This document shows, one piece after another, positions 25,367 through 38,100 of a stretch of DNA of 64,000 nt. The notes beneath the pieces were generated by a model. It was not told the DNA's origin. It saw nothing but the letters and a program-made list of their open reading frames with translations, and did not search any database. Every line of letters begins with the position of its first letter. Within the stretch, counting starts at the first letter, position 1. Source of the stretch: Octopus sinensis (taxonomy: Eukaryota); contig NC_042997.1 in the NCBI RefSeq assembly GCF_006345805.1, forward strand, positions 94,302,001-94,366,000, given 5' to 3'. Both the position numbers and the translations under genes were made by a program.

Positions 25367-25935
25367 CCTATCCTATTCTACGGTCTATCAAAAATCCACA
25401 AAAGCCAGGTTATAAATGAAAGCATAAAAAAATCACCAAAGACATGCATAATACACCAAACACAGGTGACCTAAAATTACGACCCATTATAGCTCGCCCA
25501 GCTTGTGAAACACACAGACTAAGTTAATTCATGGACATCCTCCTGAAACCCCTCCATAAACACACCAGTAAGTATATCAGAGATGACTTGGACATGTTAA
25601 ATCACCTCCCAAAAGTCAAGGAAGAAACATTCATGGGTCCATTTGATGTGATTAATTTATATACTAGTATACCTCATAATTATGGACTACAGGCAATTCA
25701 GTTCTGGCTGGACCAATATTTGGAAGAAATACTGGAAAGGATCAGTAAAGAGTTCATAACTGGATCGATTGAACTCATTTTACGAAATAACCATTTCATG
25801 CTTGATAACACGTTCTATCGACAAAAATCCGGAATTGTCATGGGCACTAGGGCATTGCGAACCTAACAATGAGCTATCTGGAAATAATAATATACCAGGA
25901 ATCTTTATCTACCTTTGGAAACCATCTTTCCCAAT

Positions 25936-26318
25936 GGAAGCACTCCGTCGGTTACGACGACAAGGGTTCCGGTTGATTCGATCAACGGAACAGCCCGCTC
26001 GTGAAATTAACGTGTAAGTGGCTGAGCACTCCACAGACACGTGTACCCTTAACGCAGTTCTCGGGGATATTCAGCGTGACACAGAGAGTGACAAGGCAGG
26101 CCCTTTGAAATACAGGTACAACAGAAACAGGAAGTAAGAGTGAGAGAAAGTTGTGGTGAAAGAGTACAGCAGGGATCACCACCATCCCTGACGGAACCTC
26201 GTGGAGCTTTAGGTGTTTTCGCTCAATAAACACTCACAACGCCCGGTCTGGGAATCGAAACCGCGATCCTACGACCGCGAGTCCGCTGCCCTAACCACTG
26301 GGCCATTGCGCCTCCACT
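25936..26318 (-). mobile_element. tRNA-derived SINE, family D, young, inserted in PLE RT
   Basis: Head GGAGGCGCAATGGCCCAGTGGTTAGGG...GGTTTCGATTCCC; TSD ATCTTTCCCAAT at 25924-25935 and 26319-26330. Confidence 0.92.
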
Positions 26319-27715
26319 ATCTTTCCCAATACATAAAAGAGAATTGCAAAATATTCCTGGACGACTGTTTCATCCTCTGGAATGGAATCAAAACACTGAC
26401 AAGCTCCTGGAATTCAAAAGAACTGGGTCAAACCAAACATACAATTCACAATGGAATACAACCAAAAGGAGCCCCCATTCTTGGATGTATTAGTTAAAAA
26501 TATAAACCTAAAAATAGAAACGGATATTTTATAAAACCACAGATGTCGAACAGTATCTACTATTTAATTCATGCCACCCAAGACACACCAATTAAACATC
26601 ACCTTCAACCTTGCATGAAGGAATGCACCATAGTGTCAGAAAAAAGAACAAGAGACTGTAGTCTGCAAGAACTCAAAAACACCCTCATTGACAGACACTA
26701 CCCAGTTCAATTCATAGAGGATGGAATTAGACGTGCAGCACAAATCAACGTAGAAACCTTAAGAAATGTTCAAAACAGCAGCACACCTTCCCCGAAAATA
26801 CTGCAGTACATATCCACATACAACCCCAGAAACAAAGAAGCCTTCACCATCATCACCCCAAATCCACCAATGCTACATAAGGACCCCAAATTAAAGAAAA
26901 TTTTACACACACATAAGATTATTAAAAGCCAAAATCAGCTGAAGACACCAAAAAAGAACCTTGTAACGGCAAAATTATTTTCTAAAATAACGGACACAAA
27001 AGTGAAAAAAATGTGGTCGAACAAACTGGGCAACACGCCCAGACCTTCTAGAAGGATCAGAATTCCTTTTTAAAGAGGAACAAAAATTCAAAATTACTTT
27101 TGCCTCGGAAAACCTGATTTATGTTATAAGATGATCGGGCTGCCACCAAAACTACGAGATTATCGCTCAGACGGAGATGCACTCTGCACCGACAGCAGAT
27201 TGCATTCCCAGAATACAGAATGATACCCTTCAGTTAACACATTAACAGATGCGCAAAACAACTACTACCACAATTTGTAATCTTTCCATTTTGTCAATGT
27301 GCCTTTGGAACAACAACACAAATTAGATTAATTAAGGAAACCTACTTCATTGAAAAATCTAAACCAAAACTTAACCATTTCTAACATTTTATTCTAACAA
27401 AATCAAATCATGCTAAATTAACAAACCCTAATCATTCCCAACATTTGCGATTATCTCCCTTATACCGAAAAATCTCTGACTACCCCCTCCTGTTTTGAAC
27501 TCTTCTACATAACACCATAGCGAATAGATGATACAACAACGGTAAAAAAAATTATGAAATTTGAAAAGAAAATGTCAAACCGGTTATTTCTCCAAAAACA
27601 ATGTCACTATACAAAATAATTTATAACATTTTTCCTAACATGACGATTTTAATATATTTTTTAAACTTATAATACAGATCTTAGGTAGTTTTTTCATTCT
27701 ATTTTGTTATATATA

Positions 27716-27772
<57 letters not shown>

Positions 27773-27929
27773 TATAGGGGTGCAGAACCTCACCAACAGT
27801 AAGCAACATCAAATACGACAACAAATGAGTTAAATAAGCAAACAACGAGGAGAGTAAAAAGTGGAAAATCGGACATATATATATATATATAGACTGTGTG
27901 TCCCCTCTGTCCGGCATTTGCCATGATGG

Positions 27930-27999
<70 letters not shown>

Positions 28000-28001
<2 letters not shown>

Positions 28002-28150
28002 CTCGACAACTGATGTTGATGTGTTTATATTCCCGTAACTTCGCAGTTCGCCAAAAGAGACTGACAGAATAAGTACTAGGCTTACAAAGAATAAATCCTA
28101 GCGAGGATTTGTTCGACAAAATGCGGTGCTCCAGAATGGCCGCAGTCAAA
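28000..28150 (+). mobile_element. Family A SINE 3' fragment
   Basis: CCCGTAACTTCGCAGTTCG...GAATAAGTACTAGGCTTACAAAGAATAA...GCGGTGCTCCAGAATGGCCGCAGTCAAA. Confidence 0.8.
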
Positions 28151-29097
28151 TTTATATGTAATGTATATTTGTGTATTCATGCATGTGTTTTTATATAAGT
28201 GAATATACAATTCTAGACAGCTTTTAGCACCTTAATGCAACTGAAATTTCTCCAAACGAAAATCCAATTACAGTTGCTAACATGATTCATCGGAGTTTTA
28301 CGTTATAAACATATATACCTCATGTAGGCCATCAATGACTCGCCTTGTGAGAACGTTGTATGTGTTCCATCACGTTTTAATTTTATAGCGACCATGGGGC
28401 TCATCAACGACGACAAATGTAGCCATTACATCAATGTAAAAGATTAGCAACCAAGAATATAGCTTATTCTTACCAGCAATATAATGGAAACCTAAATAAT
28501 TTGAAAACTAGTATCATTATTTATTAGTATCACGATATCAATATTGCCTAATATCTGATTGAAATAGTATCTAAATATTTTGCCTTTGTCAATATTCAGC
28601 AATAAAAATTCCGTGAATGTTAACAAGAAATGTCTCATGAATACAGGAAACATTACGTATTGTTTTACTTGAATAATTACAAATAGAAGAATTTAAGAAA
28701 CAAAACAAAAGAGTAAAGAATACAAGTTTAAAAAGTACAAGAAAACAGACACAAACATTGACTAAAAATGTACGGATGAAATTTTAAATAAAATTACGTG
28801 ATAAAACCCATAATATGGGTTCGCCGGATACACACACACACACACACACACACACGAGATCAAGAATGCTTTTAGTTACGTCTTTATTAATCTTTAGAAT
28901 ATACCTTACGGGCACCCTGGAGTGTTTGGATGTAGATGCAACGATGAATGCAAAGTATCGCTGATGATGTCTAGTAAACCTAAGTGGTGACTGAGTTTAA
29001 CGCCTACTTTCTAAACATTAGTTCTTTAACCTTAAATTCAACACACACACACATATATATATCAAACATAAATTAAAAACAGAACACAAAGGATATC

Positions 29098-29193
29098 CCG
29101 GTACACGTGTTTCAAGCTTTATAAACAATCTGTTATTACATCAGGATAGGTATATTATTGATATAAAAGATGGTTTAAAACTCTCTTCAGCCG
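29098..29193 (-). ncRNA. Predicted minimal type I hammerhead ribozyme with long stem II
   Basis: Minus strand CGG-CTGAAGA-GAGTTTTA...TAAAGCTT-GAAA-CACGTG-TA-CCG; palindromic stem III ACACGTGT. Confidence 0.75.
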
Positions 29194-29494
29194 CAAACAT
29201 TGTTAGTCCAAAGATTACATCACAAAATAAAAAGTACACGTAGTATTACCCATTATAATAGGTTTATCATATCTCTTTGAAAAGTTATATTTGTATAAAG
29301 GTTCGCTGGCTTTCAAAAATCTGCCCATACTGTACCACCATTCAGCATAGATTGAATGTTAAATAGTTTGGATTGAGTTTATATTTAATTAGCGTATATA
29401 AGATAGAAAGAAAAAATTACAAGAGTAATAAAAGTAAAAATAAGGATAATAAAAGTAAAAATAAGGATAATAAAAGTAAAAATAATGATAATAA

Positions 29495-30700
29495 AGTTAG
29501 CATATCATCTAATCACCCACCCTGTATAATTGATACCACAGTCCAAGCTGTTTCCGATTGACTATCTAAGTTATCCTCAAACGAAATTATTTTCAGTGAT
29601 CATGCGCATCATTATAATGAAGCCCTCTCTAACGCTGGGAACACTCAGAAAATCTCTTTTGTTAAAATCTTAATTGTTAAAAACTGAAATGATAAACCAC
29701 CTAGAGCATCCATCATTAGTAAGGCTCCGTCATATAAACAAATTAGAGATTCTAGAGTTGGTTTTTAAACGGAGGTAAAGTAAACAGGTCTAATAAAAGC
29801 ACAGATACAACCAGCATAAATACAAATGAGGTTAAGATAAAAAAACATAAAGAAAGAAATCACACCGATAAAAAACCCTACCGATAAGAGTAACACTAAC
29901 AATAAAAGAATTCCTAAACGTAAGAACTGTAAATTACGCAACTATATGTGGTATAACACACCATATAATGTAGCAGTTACAGGAAAATTATGCAAGAAAA
30001 TATTTTCAAGTATATCCAATAACTTTCCACCCACTCATAAATATAGTAGTATTCTATCCACTAAAACTACTAGAATCTCATATTCGACTCTCCTCAATAT
30101 GAAATGCCTCATAATAAAACCAGAATAAAAAAGCTAGATTAAGAGCAAACAATAAAAATCACTCTAACCCCAATAGTCCAAGAACTAATAATGGTAGTAT
30201 CCAAATTAATAACAATAAACAAGTTATTATTCCTGCACCTATGGTGTCTAACCACCTGGTTAACAACGTAGAGATAACTGATAGCAGTTCCTTAAATAAT
30301 GATTTTTGTATTGACAACAACAGTGGCTATATCAATAATAGTAACAATAACTATAATAATAATAACAGAAACAGTAATTACTATAGTAATGATCCTGATA
30401 GTAATAACATTGATGATAATGGTAGTAATAGCAGTAATTATAATGATAGCAACAGTGTTAGGCCCAATAATCCTATCCCAATATCGAATCACAGTGATGA
30501 ATCAATAAACCGAGACCCAACACAGATTAGTGGCACACCCTATAGTACTGCCGCGTTAAATGACGTTATGTTCCTTAGAAATCTTGAAAATCATCATATT
30601 CCCTGATAAGGACAAGCTAGTCAATAAAAGATCGGAATTCAAACCAACTTGCATAAATTGTCTAAAATATTTAAATACTATAAGCCTTAAGTCTCCCTTC
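29495..30700 (+). mobile_element. Penelope-like element fragment (Naiad-like), RT thumb to C-terminus, endonuclease core missing
   Basis: SSNHPPCII...LSKLSSNEIIF...YNEALSNAG; WYNTPY...FPPTHKY...ISYSTLLNM; TLCSLEILKII...LVNKRSEFKPTC; clade label recalled from motif style, not computed. Confidence 0.78.
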
Positions 30701-31949
30701 ATGATCTTCTCTCATTGGAAATTCCATCAACTGCTCCCTCCTGCCACTATTCAGGCATTGAATTAACAATTCCTGGGTTTACTCCCAACTACTTACTTAT
30801 TCAGTTTACTTTCGCCTAGCTAGATTCTGACCCCCATATAGTACACACATATTAAACAATCCGAGGACTTTAGACTTATTTATAGAGAACATATCTAAAT
30901 AATTTAGTCATTGACTCTAAAATTTAGAATATCACTACCATACACGTAGGTCTTATTAGCCAACACTAATAACTTCAATAATGTTTATAATAATATTATA
31001 CTAGTAATCATGAACCTAGACTTCTTTAACTTCATATAACACTTCCTAAACAATTAAAATAGGAGTATAATTTACACAAGTAGATAGACTTGAAATCTCG
31101 CCAATCACTATATTTTTCCAATCACCAAATTATTGCTTTTATATTATTATATTATTACTATTATTATAATTTTTCTTCGTATTTTATTTTTAACTTCCAT
31201 CTTTTCATTTCATTTTATTTTGTTCTTTACATTTTCACTTTGTTTTTACCTCTTTGTAACCTATTAATATTTGTCTTTTTATGTATCTTTTTTACATTTC
31301 CAAATATATTTGATGGATTTTAATATTTTTGATATTTTTGATATCTTACAACACCTTTCTAATATCACCGGTTTATTCTGTCAGTGTTTTTACTACTTCT
31401 AATGCTCTTTCACTATTATTTTTTTTAATGATTCTTGTAAAACTCTATTTTTTAAAAACGATTCTTGCATAATTCTATTATTATAGAACCTTATATCTCT
31501 ATATCAATTATTTCATTTATTGTTAATTTGCTACTCCTTTTATCACTTATATTTCTTTCTTTTCTTTTTAAATCATTTCCTTTATTGATCATCCCTCATT
31601 TCAACTTGTTACTTAATACCAGATCTACTGGACAGACTTAAAAAAACTTTTTTTTTTAAATGTTAAAAAATTTTTTTTTAACTTTTAAAAACTTTAAAAG
31701 CTTTAAAATAGATGGAACTCAGTCTATTAAGAATAGTATATTAAATATAACTGTTATGTACTCAAAAACAAGATATACACTTGTAAGGTGTATTGTATGT
31801 GTGTACACGTGAATGTATGCGGAGACTATATATGGATATATATATATATATATCATAGTGTAATAAATAAAATATATATGCATACATACATATATGTACG
31901 TACCTACATCTACATGTATATATACATGCATATATAAATATATATATAT

Positions 31950-32190
31950 ACGTGAGTGCAGGACACCACAAATGGACGTAGAACTCAACGAGAAACGAAA
32001 ACGTAAAAACAAACATGGACACGGACCTTAATTTTAACAACGAAAAAACAGAGTACAAGACAAACAGCACAAGGAAAATTCCCCTTCATCAGCTGTCCCT
32101 AGTACGACTCCATGCGTGTTTCGAAGGCGAGGACATAACACGACTCGTCGAACTAGCCATTCCTGCGAAATAATTAAATAAAATTTCCTC
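31950..32190 (-). mobile_element. Short non-autonomous ribozyme-bearing repeat (same family as 5090-5330), in (TA)n
   Basis: Alignment to 5092-5325; flanked by TA microsatellites on both sides. Confidence 0.85.
32079..32158 (-). ncRNA. Predicted non-circularly permuted hammerhead ribozyme, second copy
   Basis: Minus strand CTAGTTCGAC-GAGT-CGTG-TT-ATGTCCT-CGCCTTC-GAAA-CACG-CATGGA-GTCGTACT-AGGGACAG-CTGATGA-AGGGG; one mismatch at the core-proximal stem I pair. Confidence 0.65.
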
Positions 32191-32208
32191 TATATATATA
32201 TCATATAT

Positions 32209-32275
<67 letters not shown>

Positions 32276-32794
32276 CTGTACGTGTGCTTAAGGATATGTA
32301 GATATGGTAGTGTAAGTATATGTTTACTAGGGTGTAACTGTAGATATGTGTGGAGATGTATGCGTAGATTCGTGTATTTAAAGCTGTGCATAATGAGGCG
32401 TACTTGCATACGCTCGAGCATGTTAGCATATATATCTGTATGAGTGTGTGTGTATATACACATATATACATATACTATGACTTCTAAGTAAGTGGATGGA
32501 CCAATGTAATAGATAAATTTATAAAGCTAGTAATTTTTAGTTGTGATTTTGGGTAAACTGACCATTCATCACAATGATATCAAATTACAACCTTAATCTA
32601 TAATTCAATGAGTGGTCAAACTAAGAAATTATTTATGACCACTACCATCTCATCAAAGCCAACATCCAGTTCTCAAATCTATAGTATCTTATCTCTTTAT
32701 CTCTTATTCTACTTTATGTTTTTATTTCTTTGTTACCTTATTCCAGTCTTGCTAAACCTTATTTATATGTGTTTCTAACTTTATTATCCTTATT

Positions 32795-33080
32795 GTTTGT
32801 AAGCCTAGTACTTATTCTATCGGTCTTTTTTGCCGAAGCGCTAAGTTACGGGGACATAACCACACCAGCATCGGTTGTCATGTGATGTTGGGAGACAAAC
32901 ACAGGCACACAAGCATACACACACACACGTATACACATATATACGACGGGCTTCTTTCAGTTCTCCTCTACAAAATCCACTCAAGGCTTTTGTCGGCCCG
33001 AGACTATAGTAGAAGACACTTGCCCAAGGAACCACGTGGTTCGTAAGCAAGCTACAAACCACAGAGCCACTTCTACGCCT
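32795..33080 (-). mobile_element. Family A SINE (internally deleted)
   Basis: GTAAGCCTAGTACTTATTCTATCGGTC...ACGACGGGCTTCTTTCAG...GAAGACACTTGCCCAAGG...ACCACAGAGCCACTTCTACGCCT. Confidence 0.85.
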
Positions 33081-33238
33081 ACAACATAATATACTATAAT
33101 ATAATATCATAAATGAGGAAGCTAATTCCCGTGTGTCACACTTAGACCCCGCTTTCTCATTATTCAATAGCATTACTATTATTCCTCATGATGGGGTGAG
33201 AGTAATAGTAGGCATAGAGACGGTGAGGACAGTGGTGA

Positions 33239-33269
<31 letters not shown>

Positions 33270-33360
33270 AAGAGAGGGAGAGAGAGACAAAGAAATATAT
33301 ATATATATATATATATATATAAGGATACATAGATACACACAGAGACACGCATACATACAT

Positions 33361-33573
33361 GGAGTGAGTGTGTGGTAAGTAGCTTGGTAACCAACCACAT
33401 GGTTCCGGGTTCAGTCCCAATGCGTGGCGTCTTGGGCAAGTGTCTTCTGCTATAGCCTCGGGCTGACCAAAGCCTTGTGAGTGGATTTGGTAGACGGAAA
33501 CTGAAAGAAGACTGTCGTATATATGTATGCATATATATATATATAAGGATACATAGATACACACAGAGACACG

Positions 33574-33649
<76 letters not shown>

Positions 33650-33880
33650 CGTATATGTCTGTGTGGCTGTGTTTGTCCCTCTAGCATTGCTTGACAACCG
33701 ATGCTGGGGTGTTTACGTCCCCGTAACTTAGCGGTTCGGTAAAAGAGACCGATAGAATAAGTACTCGGCTTACAAAGTATAAGTCCCGGGGTCGATTTGC
33801 TAACTAAAGGCGGTGCTCCAGCAGGGCCGCAGTCAAATGACTGAAACAAGTAAAAGAGTAAAAGAATAAAAGAGTAAGAG
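33361..33880 (+). mobile_element. Family A SINE, near full length
   Basis: Matches 9143-9562; (GTAAAAGA)n-like tail; flanked by a 40-bp direct repeat. Confidence 0.9.
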
Positions 33881-33919
33881 TATATAAGGATACATAGATA
33901 CACACAGAGGCACGCATAC

Positions 33920-33978
<59 letters not shown>

Positions 33979-34187
33979 GTGAAATAGAAAGATGAATAAT
34001 CTTGTAGTAGATTAATCAAAAGTTTAACCGATACCTTAGTAGCAAAAATCACAGCAGTAAACAGCACGGTTGGAGGTATAACCATCTGGCGTTGCAACCG
34101 TGCGTTGGTGCGGATAATTGAAATTAAAACATTATTGGTGAATTGAAGAAATGGAGCTGAACGCAGATTGAACAGAAATCGTTTTAT

Positions 34188-34274
34188 TTCATTCTACACG
34201 TGTTTCGAAAGGCACAAATTACCAAAATCCGATTGAATAATGGGACCATATTGTGTCTTTCTCTTCAGGAAGAA
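34188..34274 (-). ncRNA. Predicted minimal type I hammerhead ribozyme (left arm)
   Basis: Mirror copy of 34324-34410. Confidence 0.78.
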
Positions 34275-34323
34275 AAAAGGAAATCCGCTGGAAAAACAAA
34301 AACAATCCAGCGGATTTCCTTTT

Positions 34324-34410
34324 TTCTTCCTGAAGAGAAAGACACAATATGGTCCCATTATTCAATCGGATTTTGGTAATTTGTGCCTTTCGAAACACGT
34401 GTAGAATGAA
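34324..34410 (+). ncRNA. Predicted minimal type I hammerhead ribozyme (right arm)
   Basis: TTC-CTGAAGA(34330-36)-GAAAGACACAA...TTGTGCCTTTC-GAAA(34392-95)-CACGTG-TA-GAA; cut predicted after 34403. Confidence 0.78.
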
Positions 34411-34464
34411 ATAAAACGATTTCTGTTCAATCTGCGTTCAGCTCCATTTCTTCAATTCACCAAT

Positions 34465-34505
<41 letters not shown>

Positions 34506-34904
34506 AATATAGAATTATATATGTATGCGTGAATATTTGTGAGTGGCTGTATGTAGGTATGCGAGGGAGTGAGCGAGTGTGTATGTGTGTCTATGTTTGT
34601 GAGTGTATGTATGTGCGTGTGTATGTGTGTGTGCGTGCGCGAATATACTTATATTTATGACTGTTAATTGGAGTCTGAAACAGCATCTGTTTTTATCGAA
34701 AGCCTAGAATGGTAACTAAATTAAGATCGAAAAAAATAAATATTAGGCAGACATGAATACTTTGGAAATATAGGATGGTCTAGAAACATTGAAAGCCATA
34801 TTAATATTTGGTGATTGAACATCAGTTTTTGTTTATTTTTTTTCCTTTATAGATAGCAATTCACAGGAACTCTTTGAATAAGACATTCTTAAGAAGTAAA
34901 AAGA

Positions 34905-35100
34905 TTGGCAAAAACGTTAGCACGCCGGGCGAAATGCTTAGCGTTATTTCGTCTATCTTTATGTTCTGAGTTCAAACTCTGCCGAAGTCGACTTTGTCTT
35001 CCTTTCGGAGTCGATAAATTAATTATCAGTTGCATACTGTGGTCGGTGTAATCGACTGGCCCCCTCCCCCAAAATTTCGGGCCCTGTGCCTAGAGTAGAG
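34905..35100 (+). mobile_element. Nin-domain SINE (family C)
   Basis: TGGCAAAAACGTTAGCACGCCGGGCGAAATGCTTAGCG...GAGTTCAAACTC...CCTTTCGGAGTCGATAAATTAA. Confidence 0.85.
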
Positions 35101-38100
35101 TAATAAAGTGTAAGGCGTAAAATATCAGCCAAAACAAAGCAAAATTAAAGATTGCTCAAAATTTAAAAGCTCCAAACTCACATTTTCTACAGAGAATACA
35201 AAATAGACATATTTCAAGCAATAGAACTAATACCTCTATAACTTAACCGACTCTAGCACTTTCCAGTTCTTAATTCTGAATCAAGAGACATACATGGTAT
35301 AGGATAAAGTTGTGAGAAATATACATATATTGAAAATTGAAAGTTCCATCGTTTTTTACATTAAACATGTTTCTTCTCTTCTGTTTTAAAATGCTGTTTA
35401 TCTTTGATCATATAAATCAGTAATATAGACAAATAATTTTGTAAATTTACGCAATTCGATTAAGTAGATTTCTATTCGTATATAATTTTATCTCTAAACC
35501 AACCATTACAATCCATTAGAGCTTTTATTCAAATTAGTGATTCGGTCATAGATATACGCACTTCAAAATCTTTGAAATTTTACGATTATTCTCGATCTGT
35601 AAGACCTTGTGATCGTGATTTCTATTCATGTCAGCTAGAACATCGTAGGATATTGCTGAAGTTTGTAATTCATAGAATTATGCATCTCACACACATTTCA
35701 AAAACAATTTGCTCTGCGGAATTCATAAATATAAACTTCGTACACAAAATATATGACATAATCCTCTCTCTAACATCAAATTCATCTAAAACTTAAAAGG
35801 AAGCATTTTCCCATACACCATATATATAAAAATATATCTACTAAATAGCGTTGCATGGGAACCTGGCTGCTTTCATAGTCAGCTGAATAAATGAAAGCTT
35901 CCCAGTCGATGCAGGAATAATCCATCTTGTCTATATCATTTTAAGAAGTTTAATATCTTATTTTTGAGCAGTATGTGTCTTTGAAAAAAAGTTTTAGTAG
36001 CTAGCATCGACCTCTATCCAGATAGTTTTGCAGCCGGAAAGAATGATAATATTAGCAAATATATGATTAGTTCTGGATAAAGGAGCAAGCGTTTTGCCAT
36101 AGTAATGCTTCCAGAGGAATCATTACTATAATGTGACACGTGTTTCATAATAGACATCCCTACATGCATGCATTCATATATACATACATACGTAAATACG
36201 TTTATATAAATATATATATGTATGCATTTAAAGATGCAAAGGTGTCATTTATCTTCATTAAGTACATATACACATATTAGTCATACTAGAGTGGAAATAA
36301 GATATAATCTCTCTAGGATGCACTTCTAACCTATAGAACTAGGTTTCCATGTTATTTCTCTTCCTCATATACAATCAGGTGAAAGTTCCTTTGCTGATAT
36401 CTATGGTTGGACATGGCTTAGTCCAGCTTAAAAAATGCAAGTACTGTGAGATGAAGCCTATTGCCGTTGTATTTTAAAGTTGAAGTGAGTTTTATTAGTC
36501 TGTGAAGTTGAGTATTGATTGCATACAAATGCCTACGAGTAAATACGTTAAATCCAATGTTTATCTTTTAAAATATAATTTTTCCTGGCCTATTGATGTA
36601 ATTAGCTAAGTCGATAAAAAAATAAATTTTCATTTTCATCACAGTTCTCAGTTTATTGATGATGACATATTTGTTCAAAATAACCCTTAATTATTTATCT
36701 TTTTCAACATGTTGATCACATTATTATACAGAATTTTAATTTAGCATTAGTGGTCCAATCACAAATTGTTATTTAATTAACTTCTGTATGCTTTTAATGC
36801 TGTGATTTTTGATTTACACTGACACGTTATGTCCATAATCTTATTTCACTACTCTGCTCACTTTTAGTCATTTCATCTCACTGCTATTAACACTAAAATA
36901 TTCTATGGCAGTTAAACAACAAACATAAGGTGTTTGTTCACAGAATAATTCAATACTTAGAGATATAAACTGACAGGTTGAGATTCAGAAAAAATAAAAG
37001 AAGAAATCTTTCATAGTCAGTAATAATGTTGATCTTATTTGTATGTACGTCTCATTTTTTTAAAGATAATTTTTTAAGAATTCGGAAACAAACAGAAAAC
37101 ATAATTTGCAAAAAGAAAAATAAAACAAACAAGCAAAAACATTTTTGTAAACCTACGTAATTAAAAAGGAAAAGGAATACGAAATTATTTGTTATTAAAT
37201 TTATTATGAATTTTATTGAGAAGCTTCGCAAATATATTCACCTGTTTTCAACACGAAGACATGTTAAACCATCTGATGTAAACTTTATGGTTATATGTAC
37301 TTTGACAAATAAAAATAGATATGACAGAAATATAACAAAACATTAACGTGTATCATCTGTTGCCAACATTTACGTCGTTAATGATCTGACTATCTATCCA
37401 TGTCTTCATTGAAGATACGTGATAGAGTGTCAATTGTCTCTTTAATCTCATAGAATGCGTCGGTGGTAGAGATGTTGCTAGAGAGTTTTAAAATGAATAT
37501 TATTTGCAGCTCTTCTATGTAACATTCAACAGTCTTGAAATCTAGAATGCTCACATTATTTTTAGCAATGATCTATACTTAAATATTGGGTATATGTACG
37601 ATTATGTGAAAACGAACTTACGAAAGTCTACAGAAGTTAACATTTTAATAATGATTTCTAATTTGAGAAAAATACCATATCTTTATAAGGCGGGCTGATA
37701 AAAATTAATGATATGCATATTTTGACAATGGATATTAATTGCCTTGTATTTTAAATGAGAGACAGGTCGAAAACAAAAAAAAACAACATAAACAGCTGTT
37801 AGCGTATCAGGAGATATTTCGAAGGAACACACAACAAATAGATTAATATCAACTTAAGCTCCTCAAAAACACTAGTCCCTCGAAACCGCAGAAAAAAAGC
37901 TTATTTAAATGCGTCCATCGTCTTGGTACTGGTAACTTAACAAATGGTACGGCTGATTTTGTTAGAATAAAAAAAACATCAAAGTAAAACTACCGTAAAA
38001 AAAATTAAAAGTCACCACCTGGTGCGAGTGACATATTTACAAATTAGATCATAAACGACATAGTACATGAATTGAAGGAATCAATGTGGCAGGCAGCAAA

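Larger units (their letters stand above)
23620..27710 (+). mobile_element. Near full-length decayed Penelope-like retroelement (RT + GIY-YIG), bounded by (TA)n, with two nested SINEs
   Basis: IINLS...LSKGLKFAPTP; FYGLSKIHK; RPIIA; FDVINLYTSIP; FYRQKSGIVMGT; FLDDCFILW; ENLIYVI...LHRQQI...ETYFIEKSKPKLN (stop about 27384); inverted hammerhead-like pair at the 5' end. Confidence 0.92.
34125..34473. repeat. Perfect inverted repeat, 168-bp arms, 13-nt spacer
   Basis: 34125-34292 is the reverse complement of 34306-34473; spacer AAAACAAAAACAA. Confidence 0.96.

Noticed and set aside
28955-28992. CTGATGA-TGTCTA-GTAAACCTAAGT in an insert between (CA)n tracts
   Set aside because: GAAA and stem II are not intact; too degenerate to call without a family consensus.
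29427-29495. 21-bp tandem repeat AATAAAAGTAAAAATAAGGAT x3 as a CRISPR-like array
   Set aside because: No spacers; simple minisatellite in eukaryotic DNA.
29555-29565. In-frame TGA in the Naiad-like PLE as possible selenocysteine codon
   Set aside because: It aligns with an expected Arg (CGA->TGA CpG decay) and the copy has other stops and frameshifts; no SECIS recognised.
33160-33933. 257-aa minus-strand ORF and the many YI/CV/HT-rich ORFs in the track
   Set aside because: Read-through of microsatellites and SINE sequence; no domain content.
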